Assembly (NCBI GenBank): GCA_947570695.1
Contig: CANOVB010000009.1
Span: 7,658 to 71,657, forward strand
Source: an uncultured Clostridium sp.
Lineage (GTDB): Bacteria; Bacillota; Clostridia; TANB77; CAG-508
Direction of reading: 5' to 3'
Length of the DNA stretch: 64,000 nt
Each line of letters opens with the position of its first letter. Positions within the stretch are counted from its first letter, which is position 1. The position numbers and the translations under genes were made by a program. This document shows positions 47,922 through 56,002 of the stretch, piece by piece. The notes beneath the pieces were generated by a model. It was not told the origin of the DNA and made no database searches. It worked only from the letters and a program-made list of their open reading frames with translations.

Positions 47922-48284
47922 TTATAATTTATTATATTTTGTACTTACTCCTTTTGCTTTTTCTATAGGGTATTTTCTTTTTGTTTTTTCTAATTTTTTT
48001 AGTATTATTTCTTCTGGGCTAACATCTAGTTTAATTGCCATTTGAATACAATATGTAAAAACATCAGCTAGTTCCTCACATACCTCTTCTTTATTATATT
48101 TTTCATCATTCCATTGAAAACATTCTAATAATTCTCCTGATTCAATCGCTATTGATTTAGCTAAATTTTCTGGAGAATGAAATTGATCCCAATCTCTTTC
48201 TTCATTAAATTCTTTTAGCTTTTTTATTAATTCTTCCATATAATACTCAGCTTTCTTAAAAAGTATTTTTATATCATATATCAT
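47922..48284 (-). CDS. MazG-like nucleoside triphosphate pyrophosphohydrolase (small all-alpha type)
   Basis: FNEERDWDQFHSPENLAKSIAIESGELLECFQW ... EELADVFTYCIQMA. The real start may be the internal Met (MEELIKKL). It lies 44 nt downstream of the STAND gene. Confidence 0.8.
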   Translation of the reverse strand: MIYDIKILFKKAEYYMEELIKKLKEFNEERDWDQFHSPENLAKSIAIESGELLECFQWNDEKYNKEEVCEELADVFTYCIQMAIKLDVSPEEIILKKLEKTKRKYPIEKAKGVSTKYNKL

Positions 48285-48328
48285 AAATTTGGCATTTAAT
48301 CAATACTACATATAAATTCTTTCTTTAT

Positions 48329-51300
48329 TTAAATCTTTTCTATTTCATTAATTTTTTTACATATTAAATTATAAAATTCACAAATATAATCATATATTCC
48401 CTGCTTGACTATAAAGTCTTGTAACTTCTCACAGTCTTTTGATAAATCAATTTCATAAGTATCTTCATTATTTGGAAAATATTTCTCAAAAATTTCTACC
48501 ATTTCTTTATCAGATTTGTTATTATAAATTAAATTATAAGGGTCAAATCCTAAATAGTCTAAAGTAATTGTTTCAATTCCTCCATTTATTGTACTACTAT
48601 CTATTTCAACATATTTCTCACCTGATTCATCTTTTTCGATATTAAAGCCATAAGAAAACCCAAAAAATTTAATAAATTTATTTACAATGCACAACATATC
48701 ATCGCTTTTTATATTTTTTATAATCTTTTTTAAAACTGGTAATAAAAATTCATTATGAAATTTATTTTCATCTATTTCTGAATATATCCAGCAAATATCA
48801 TCAAAATAATTATAAAATTTAAAATTATCTGTTAATTCAATACTTTCAAATATATCCATTAATGATTTATTTATATCAAAGCTTCCGTAAATTCCCCAAA
48901 TTATATGTATTTTCTCTGTTATGAAATAATATCTTTTTCCTTTATTATAAATAATTTTACTATTTTTCAACTCTTCTAATTCTTCAATATTTATATGTTT
49001 TAAAATCTGGCTTTCATATATAAAAATTTTTCCATCCTTTAAAGTATCATAAGCCATCTTTTTTATTGCATTTATTGTATTATCATTTATGTAATCAAAT
49101 TTAGATTTTAAATATGTGCTAACTCCAGAAAAAAATTCTTTAATATTTTCATCAAGTTTATTTCTAAAATCCAAATAAAGTTTAAGAAATTCTAATCTTT
49201 TGTAATTATATAATAATGGGATTATACAATAATCATTTGAATTATTATATAAATCTATAATTTCCTTTATAAGGCTTTCATTTTCTAAATTATTATTTAA
49301 ATACTCTTCAATCTCTTTATCTTCTAAAAATCTTTCATAATAATTATTTAGTAATTCTTTTTTCTCATTTTTTATAGTTTTTATCTCTTCTTCATGACTC
49401 ATTCTTCTTTTTACATAATAATCATCCTCATTATCATCATCATTTTCTTCTATTTCTCTATATGCTTCTAATTCATTTAGCCATTCTTTTTTGGCATTAA
49501 ATAATTTACGATTTGTAAGGTCATATATTTCTTGAACATACCACTTTTTATATTTAATTTTAAATGACTCAAACAATTCTGGAATTGTCATTTCTGTTAA
49601 TTCGTCTACCATTGCATAAACTTTTTCTTTATTATCAGTAAAAAATAGCTCATCTAAAAAATATTCTGCATCATCTAGTGTTAATCTTATAATAAAGTCT
49701 TCTATGCTTTTATTTCTTAAAAACTTTTTATGCTCATCTGGAAATTTTCTCTCTGATCTTTTCCAAAATATTAATTGTCTACTAAATCTAACATTTTTCA
49801 AATATGTTTCTAAAATACTTTCTATATTAAATTTATTTCCTATATCTAAATCAATATTATCCTCAATCATATAAAATAATAATAATGAATCAGTATAGTT
49901 AAATATTGGATTCTCATAGAAATCTCTCATTATTTCTTCAGTTTTTTTATAAATAAAAGATTTTAATTTTTGTTTTTTTATTCTATTATATAGATTCATT
50001 ATCTCCATTAATTGTGGTATTTGACTCCTATTTTCTGTATATGCTTCAGGTATCTCTTCTTCATCTATATAATATAATTTATCAAATTCATTTATTATTT
50101 TATCAATTATTTTGTTTTGAAGTTTCTCATTTATATTAAATTTTTCTTCTATTATATTATAATCTATGTCATATTCATAACTCATACTGTTATTATAGTT
50201 AGCTAATCGTGTTAAATTATTTAAACATTTTGTTGATTTTACAATATACTCACCATATTCATCAATAACTTCATAAAAACGAGAATGCACATATAATTCC
50301 ATAGAAGAGTTTTTAAATCTAAAATATATATTATCATTTGAATATTCATCTGTATATGTAGTAATTATAGTATTTTCTAATTGAGAAACATAATTTGAAA
50401 AATCTTTTTTTCTCGCATTAATTCTATAATTATCGTCTAAGCACTTATAGAATAATTCTTTTATATCATCTAATTTCACAGGATTATTAAAAAGCAATAT
50501 TAAAAATGCAAGCAATTGTGCACCTTCACTTTGTTTAGAAAAAATTTCCTTCCATAATTCATGAGGCTTGTTTAAAAATTTTATAATATCATCCGTATAA
50601 TTATCAATTTCCTCTTCAATATCATTAAGATAATTTATATATTCATTTATTACCCTAGGACTATAATTTGAATTCTTTATTATTAATCTATACGAATTTG
50701 CCAATTGATATATAGCTGAATATTCTAAATCTGAATTTTCTAAATTTCTGAATAAAATTCTAGCTTTGAATAAATCACTAAGATCTTCTACATTTAATTT
50801 TAATTTATATTTATCAAAAAAACTTTCTAATTCAGGATATTCTAGATATCCCTTTCTTAAAACATATTCTCTAGCTGTTAAAACTAAATATTTATTATTT
50901 TTCTTAGAAATAATTTCTATAACGCTTTTTAAATCAGTGGATTTTTGATCTGGTGAAAATTTTATTCCAAAAAAATCATCAAATAAAAATAATTGTTCTT
51001 TACTTTCATCATATGCTTTATAAAAATCATTTATATCCCTTATGCTTACAAATTCAGTCCCTTTATGCTTTGTTAGGAACTTAGCAATTAAGTTATATGC
51101 TAATGTAGTTTTTCCTATTCCAGCTTCTCCACATATTAACAAACACTTTCTTTTTTCAAGATTTCTAAAGCATTCTTCAAAGCAATCATTTTTTATATAT
51201 GTAATAGTCGATTTTTTTATTTCATCAAATGTTATTACCGTATAATTATGTATGTCTGAATGGACTTCTTTTCTTATAATATTTTTCAATACATTACTAC

Positions 51301-51733
51301 TATTAATCCATAATTGCGGATAAGCTTCTTCAACTGATTTGTATTTCTCATTTCCTAAATAAGTATTTAATTCTGCTTCTCCAATTATATCGCTACTAGA
51401 TTTTATATATTCTGAAAACAGTTCTTTGATTTTTGCTTTTCTGGAAGGACTTAATGCTACAGAAGTAACTATAATATATCTATCTGGATTTAATTTTTTT
51501 ACTTTTTTAAATTCATTATTTTTTAAATCATTATATAAACTACTAAATTCTTTATATCTTTTAACTTGTCCAATAATTAACTTATCTTTATTTTCATATC
51601 TTATATCAATTCCTTGATCTGTGCCTTCTGAAAATACTTCAAAATTCAAATTCTCTCTTATTTCTAATATATCTTTTCCTAATAATTCAAAAGATTTAGA
51701 ATCTAATAATTTATTAAAATTGTAGTTTGTCAT
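48329..51733 (-). CDS. Avs-like defence NTPase: N-terminal Mrr-type PD-(D/E)xK nuclease + STAND/AAA P-loop + long helical C-terminus
   Basis: 1134 aa. Mrr-cat-like block SFELLGKDIL...GTDQGIDIRY...IIGQVKRY. Walker A LICGEAGIGKTTLAYNL, Walker B LFLFDDFFG. About 750 aa of Asn/Lys/Tyr-rich helical sequence follows. Confidence 0.7.
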   Translation of the reverse strand: MTNYNFNKLLDSKSFELLGKDILEIRENLNFEVFSEGTDQGIDIRYENKDKLIIGQVKRYKEFSSLYNDLKNNEFKKVKKLNPDRYIIVTSVALSPSRKAKIKELFSEYIKSSSDIIGEAELNTYLGNEKYKSVEEAYPQLWINSSNVLKNIIRKEVHSDIHNYTVITFDEIKKSTITYIKNDCFEECFRNLEKRKCLLICGEAGIGKTTLAYNLIAKFLTKHKGTEFVSIRDINDFYKAYDESKEQLFLFDDFFGIKFSPDQKSTDLKSVIEIISKKNNKYLVLTAREYVLRKGYLEYPELESFFDKYKLKLNVEDLSDLFKARILFRNLENSDLEYSAIYQLANSYRLIIKNSNYSPRVINEYINYLNDIEEEIDNYTDDIIKFLNKPHELWKEIFSKQSEGAQLLAFLILLFNNPVKLDDIKELFYKCLDDNYRINARKKDFSNYVSQLENTIITTYTDEYSNDNIYFRFKNSSMELYVHSRFYEVIDEYGEYIVKSTKCLNNLTRLANYNNSMSYEYDIDYNIIEEKFNINEKLQNKIIDKIINEFDKLYYIDEEEIPEAYTENRSQIPQLMEIMNLYNRIKKQKLKSFIYKKTEEIMRDFYENPIFNYTDSLLLFYMIEDNIDLDIGNKFNIESILETYLKNVRFSRQLIFWKRSERKFPDEHKKFLRNKSIEDFIIRLTLDDAEYFLDELFFTDNKEKVYAMVDELTEMTIPELFESFKIKYKKWYVQEIYDLTNRKLFNAKKEWLNELEAYREIEENDDDNEDDYYVKRRMSHEEEIKTIKNEKKELLNNYYERFLEDKEIEEYLNNNLENESLIKEIIDLYNNSNDYCIIPLLYNYKRLEFLKLYLDFRNKLDENIKEFFSGVSTYLKSKFDYINDNTINAIKKMAYDTLKDGKIFIYESQILKHINIEELEELKNSKIIYNKGKRYYFITEKIHIIWGIYGSFDINKSLMDIFESIELTDNFKFYNYFDDICWIYSEIDENKFHNEFLLPVLKKIIKNIKSDDMLCIVNKFIKFFGFSYGFNIEKDESGEKYVEIDSSTINGGIETITLDYLGFDPYNLIYNNKSDKEMVEIFEKYFPNNEDTYEIDLSKDCEKLQDFIVKQGIYDYICEFYNLICKKINEIEKI

Positions 51734-51766
51734 GTTATTCTCCTAAAACTATATTTAATAATTGTG

Positions 51767-52759
51767 CTATTTTTCTTCTCTTAAATGAAATATTGGATTA
51801 ATTGTAAATACATATTCTTGCATTTTAGGTTTACCATTTTCTTTACAAAAATTATCTGCTTGATTTCTTACGAACTCAACTACACCTTTTCTATCTGCTC
51901 CTAAGTTAATATTGTAATCTTTTACTTGTATATTATTAGGATTATCTTCATTAGTAAAACAACACAAATATTCATTATTACTTAATTTAATTGATATTTT
52001 TAAAAAACACTCTCTTCTTATAAATCCACTTAAAACTATAGAAAATGGATTTCGAGTTCTTCCTTCCCAAATATTAAAATTATATTCTTTCGCTACATCA
52101 CATAAATCCCATACAAGTTTCTCAAAATTCTTTTCTTTTTCTCTGTATAGTTTACTTTTTTTCGGTCTATTTTTATACTTAACATCAAATGCATCTATTC
52201 TCATTTTTAATATTCCTGCTTCTGTAGCGTCATTTTTCCATGGATGTGCAAAGTGATTTGTGCTTCTGCCTATTTTCAAATTTAAAAAAATATCATAATC
52301 TCTTTGGCTTAAAATATCTCTTTCTATTAATTCATCTTGAAATTTCTTATTATATATAAATTCATATTCTTTTAGGGCCTTTTTAGTAAAATATGTATCA
52401 TAAAAAGGTGTTTTATTTGCAATAATCCAATCCCACATAAAATCTTTGTCTTCTATATTAGGTGCATCAATATGACATCTTTCACACAATAAAACTAAAT
52501 TTGATGGTGTATCTTTGCCTCCGAGGCTATCTGGTATTATATGACATCTTTGTAATCTTTTTTGATAACCACATCTCCAACATCTTGTTTCTGCTTCTGA
52601 CCAGTCAACACTCAATAAGCATTCATCTTTTATTTTACTCCAATAATCAACAATATCTCTCTTTTTTGTTTTTATACTTATCCTTTTATTATTTTTTCTT
52701 TTTCTTAATCTCATAATCTCTTGTATTAATTCTTGTTTTGATAGGTCTTCTAATTTCAT
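51767..52759 (-). CDS. HNH endonuclease-domain protein
   Basis: CWRCGYQKRLQRCHIIPDSLGGKDTPSNLVLLCERCH (HNH with CxxC pairs). It lies 33 nt upstream of the STAND gene on the same strand. Confidence 0.8.
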   Translation of the reverse strand: MKLEDLSKQELIQEIMRLRKRKNNKRISIKTKKRDIVDYWSKIKDECLLSVDWSEAETRCWRCGYQKRLQRCHIIPDSLGGKDTPSNLVLLCERCHIDAPNIEDKDFMWDWIIANKTPFYDTYFTKKALKEYEFIYNKKFQDELIERDILSQRDYDIFLNLKIGRSTNHFAHPWKNDATEAGILKMRIDAFDVKYKNRPKKSKLYREKEKNFEKLVWDLCDVAKEYNFNIWEGRTRNPFSIVLSGFIRRECFLKISIKLSNNEYLCCFTNEDNPNNIQVKDYNINLGADRKGVVEFVRNQADNFCKENGKPKMQEYVFTINPIFHLREEK

Positions 52760-53277
52760 TAAATATTTTCCTTTGCTATTGTTTAATATAATTTGAATAT
52801 TTTTATAGGTTCGTAAAATTTCTTAATATTTCCCCATTTTCATTTATGCTCTTCTCGTCGCAAGTATAGCATGATTTCTCAGTATTGTAAAGGATATTTA
52901 CAGACTTTGCTCAATATTTATTTAATTAAATTTTATATTATATAATATTATTTTTCAATTAATCTTGAATTGAATTTTCTTGAATATGCATTATTTCTTT
53001 CACTTATTAAAAATTATTTGAAGTGATATTAGCCTTCGGGTTATGAGAATTTAAGCAGCATTTTTTGTAATTTAATGAGAAGTTAAGTTTTTATCTAAAT
53101 ATCAACGTTTGTAGTTATTTTTATTCAAAGAACTTTTGTGCGTTTTTAGGTCAATTTTGGGTGTTTTTGTCCCCATCGTGTCCCCAAGGTTTGAAAAGCC
53201 TTGTCTCACAAGAGGTTCAAAATAGCATTTGCAAATTGGGGACATTTTTAATTTTTTATAATTTGGAGGTTTTAAAA

Positions 53278-53631
53278 ATGAATAAAATTACTTATCACAG
53301 AGAAGGAAACTATTTAATTCCTAGCTTATATTTACCTAAGCAACCTGAAAAATCTATTGGGAAATATGGTCGCTTAAGATTAAATTTTATTAAAGAACAT
53401 AAAAGAGGTTTATATACTGAATTACTTATAAGTGGTACTTTAAAGCAACATTTAATTGATATGGATGAAAGTATTAATGCTAAAGTAAATGAACTTATAA
53501 AGCAATTTGCTGAAGCTGAACATATTGATGAAAATTTGAAAGCACATCATCAAATGGAGTGGGTTCAGTCTATGAATAATATCAAAAATAGGGCTGAAGA
53601 AATTGTTTTTAATGAAATTTTATATGTGTAG
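53278..53631 (+). CDS. tnpV: TnpV-family protein (transposon-associated, as in Tn4451-type elements)
   Basis: MNKITYHREGNYLIPSLYLPKQPEKSIGKYGRLRLNFIKEHKRGLYTELL...MEWVQSMNNIKNRAEEIV matches my recollection of the TnpV family. GGAGG lies 8 nt upstream of this ATG. I reject the GTG-initiated extension in the track (53161). Confidence 0.75.
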   Translation: MNKITYHREGNYLIPSLYLPKQPEKSIGKYGRLRLNFIKEHKRGLYTELLISGTLKQHLIDMDESINAKVNELIKQFAEAEHIDENLKAHHQMEWVQSMNNIKNRAEEIVFNEILYV

Positions 53632-53643
53632 GAGGAATTAGAT

Positions 53644-53940
53644 ATGGTTAATTTTAGAGATGTTAATGAAAATGATATTTTGAAAGAGTGGTTTGATTTT
53701 AGAGAAGAAACTTATTTGTGTTATGCAGATAAACAGGATAGAGAAAATGAATTTAAATTTGATCTTTTTAGAGAGAATATTTTGAAGAATATTCCTAAAC
53801 AGAATAGAACTTATATAGAAAAACAACTTGATCTTCTTTATGATGATTTTATGAGATATTTGACTTATATTACTGAAAAGTATTATAGAAATGGATTTGT
53901 GGATGGCTCTCAGTTAGTTATGGGATGTTTTGAAGAATAG
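53644..53940 (+). CDS. Hypothetical 98-aa protein co-transcribed with tnpV
   Basis: AGGAGG precedes the ATG, 12 nt after the tnpV stop. No motif recognised. Confidence 0.5.
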   Translation: MVNFRDVNENDILKEWFDFREETYLCYADKQDRENEFKFDLFRENILKNIPKQNRTYIEKQLDLLYDDFMRYLTYITEKYYRNGFVDGSQLVMGCFEE

Positions 53941-53945
53941 GTAAA

Positions 53946-53964
53946 GGCGAGATCAATTCTCGCC
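53946..53964. terminator. Hairpin between convergent genes
   Basis: GGCGAGA-TCAAT-TCTCGCC, a perfect 7-bp GC-rich stem. Weak T tracts on either side. Confidence 0.5.
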
Positions 53965-53984
53965 TTCCCTATTATATTATAAAA

Positions 53985-55043
53985 TTATTCATTTACTTGC
54001 CATTCGCCATTTTTCTTGCCATTTTTTCTTTCAATTAAACCTTTTTCTTGCATTTCTGCCATATAAGTTTTTACAGTTCTTACAGATTTATTAATCTGTT
54101 TTGATATTTCTTCTTGAGTAGTTGCTGGATTATTTTTTAATATGTTTATAATTGCCTGTTCTTCTAAAGTGTAATTATTGCACTTTAAATTATTTTCATT
54201 TGCACTTTGAATATTATCTATATGTGTATACCTATTTTTCAATTCATTATTAGCATTTGTAAGTAGGTTATAAAAGAACTTTTCTAAAAATGAAGTGTCT
54301 TCAAATACATTTTTTTCAAAATTTTTGTAATTAGCTCTTACTAATGAGTTTCTAAAATACCATGAATTATCAGCAAATACTTCATCATTAATATTAAATC
54401 CAAAAGTTCTTAAATATTTAATTATAAATACGGCTGTTGTTCTTGTGTTTCCTTCACAAAATGGATGTACTTGCCAAATATTTGATGTAAATTTGCATAG
54501 ATGTTTTATAGATTCATCTAAGCTTAACCCTTTATATGAAAAGTTTTTTTCTTGCTCAAAGTCATATTCTAATGTTTCTTTTATAGTATCAAATGGTGCA
54601 TATATTACTGTATCTCCATTTAATACCCATTCTTTCTTAGTAAAATTATAATCTCTATATATTCCTGCCACGTCAAATATATCTTTGAATAATCTTTTAT
54701 GAATATTTAATAGTTCCGTTGGTGAAAAATTAAATGCTTTTTCACTTAGTATTTCTGTTATTCTTACTGCAACTTTATCTGCTTCTTCATTTTCTTTTTC
54801 AAATTTTTTTCTACTACCTTGAACTTCATAATATTCATCTATTCTTATTTTTGCTTCTTCAATATCTATTGTTCCTTCAATATGTTCTTTAGCAGTTTTT
54901 ATTAAGTATTCTGAAGGTTTTAATCCATCCACATCCTGCAAACCTATTGCTGTTTCCCATGTTTTAGTCTTTTCTACTCTGTTTGGTTCGCCTTGTTTTA
55001 TATATTCAGATAATTCTAAATTCCAATCCTTTTTCTTATCCAT
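53985..55043 (-). CDS. Fic-domain protein with a C-terminal winged-helix HTH
   Basis: Fic core HPFCEGNTRTTAVF. C-terminal LEEQAIINILKNNPATTQEEISKQINKSVRTVKTYMAEMQEKGLIERKNGKKNGEW is a typical wHTH. Confidence 0.85.
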   Translation of the reverse strand: MDKKKDWNLELSEYIKQGEPNRVEKTKTWETAIGLQDVDGLKPSEYLIKTAKEHIEGTIDIEEAKIRIDEYYEVQGSRKKFEKENEEADKVAVRITEILSEKAFNFSPTELLNIHKRLFKDIFDVAGIYRDYNFTKKEWVLNGDTVIYAPFDTIKETLEYDFEQEKNFSYKGLSLDESIKHLCKFTSNIWQVHPFCEGNTRTTAVFIIKYLRTFGFNINDEVFADNSWYFRNSLVRANYKNFEKNVFEDTSFLEKFFYNLLTNANNELKNRYTHIDNIQSANENNLKCNNYTLEEQAIINILKNNPATTQEEISKQINKSVRTVKTYMAEMQEKGLIERKNGKKNGEWQVNE

Positions 55044-55063
55044 TAGAAATACCTCCTACATAT

Positions 55064-55092
55064 ATTGTATCAAATATAATATATAATATCAA
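55064..55092 (-). promoter_or_regulatory. Candidate promoter of the Fic gene
   Basis: Minus strand TTGATA, a 17-nt spacer, then TACAAT. AGGAGG SD downstream. Confidence 0.55.
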
Positions 55093-55095
55093 GAT

Positions 55096-55139
55096 TTAAA
55101 GTGCAATTTTTGCACTTTAAGATGTGAGAATTGCACTTT
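55096..55139. promoter_or_regulatory. Palindromic operator-like site plus a third half-site
   Basis: TTAAAGTGCAA-TTT-TTGCACTTTAA (11-bp arms, 55096-55120), then a further TTGCACTTT at 55131-55139. It lies immediately upstream of the -35. Confidence 0.6.
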
Positions 55140-55282
55140 GTATATTGATATTTTATATCTTAATTTCTTAAAAAATCATCTGTTCTTTTATACCATCTTC
55201 ATGTTTAGAGATTTTAAAAATTAATAATTCTAGAGAAAATATTTTGAAGAATAATAGAAAATGAGATAATTTCTCGCTTTTT

Positions 55283-56002
55283 CTAAGTTATTAGTATTTC
55301 CTTAAAATTGTTATATACCAATTGTTCAAGATTTTCTATTTGCAAGAACTTAGATATTAAATCATATTGCTCTTTTAAGAAAACAGGATGATATTTCTTT
55401 CCATTTATTCTTGTAAATGGTCCATCACTCTCTATAAGGATTCTACTTTGCGGTATCAATTTGATTTTATCCTTATTAATCATATTTGCATTAATGGAAA
55501 AATAACAACCTAATTCAATTAATTTTTTTAGTTGAACTATGCTACCCGAAAACCAATGAATTATACATTTTTTCGGCATATATTTTTTTATAATCTCAAT
55601 TGCAGTATCTTCAGAAAATCTTAAATGTACAGATAATAACTTATTTTCATTAGCACACATTTCAACTATTTGACTAAATATCTCTATTTGCTCTATTCTA
55701 GTATCACTATAAGTTCTTGAAAAATCCAAACCTACTTCTCCTATATAATCTGCTCCTTTAAACTTATTTTTAAATAATCCAAAACTTTCTTTAGAATGAT
55801 TCTCTTTAGGATTAAATCCCAAGGCAAATTTAATATATTTTGTATTAAAATATATTCTTTGGCATTCTTGATATACTTCTGGAGAATTCGTCACACATAT
55901 TGTATATTGTTTTAATTCATTTATCTTTTTATAAATTTCCTTATGATCCTTGTAAAAATCTAAATGAAAATGAGTGTCTATTAAATTTATCATATCAATC
56001 AA
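55283..56002 (-). CDS. qatD: QatD, TatD-family metal-dependent hydrolase/DNase
   Basis: LIDTHFHLDF at the N-terminus, ...GEVGLDF..., ...IESDGPF. The track start is TTG; the ATG at about 55993 is more likely. Confidence 0.8.
   Translation of the reverse strand: MIDMINLIDTHFHLDFYKDHKEIYKKINELKQYTICVTNSPEVYQECQRIYFNTKYIKFALGFNPKENHSKESFGLFKNKFKGADYIGEVGLDFSRTYSDTRIEQIEIFSQIVEMCANENKLLSVHLRFSEDTAIEIIKKYMPKKCIIHWFSGSIVQLKKLIELGCYFSINANMINKDKIKLIPQSRILIESDGPFTRINGKKYHPVFLKEQYDLISKFLQIENLEQLVYNNFKEILIT

Noticed and set aside
47800-47990. (a) The frame of the MazG-like gene stays open for about 40 codons after its stop (…IKIYITIIKDEKVLIYRKGNKVIIDKN…). (b) By my hand count, a T-run near 47982-47989 is one nt longer than the track translation implies.
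   Set aside because: (a) There is no start codon and no evidence for readthrough, so it is possibly a gene relic. (b) The ORF track is computed from the sequence, so I attribute the discrepancy to my own homopolymer miscounting. It is flagged only so that someone can check it.
53161-53277. GTG-initiated 39-codon N-terminal extension of the TnpV ORF
   Set aside because: The extension covers the GC-rich repeat cluster. GGAGG lies at correct spacing before the internal ATG at 53278, and TnpV-family proteins start there (MNKITY...).
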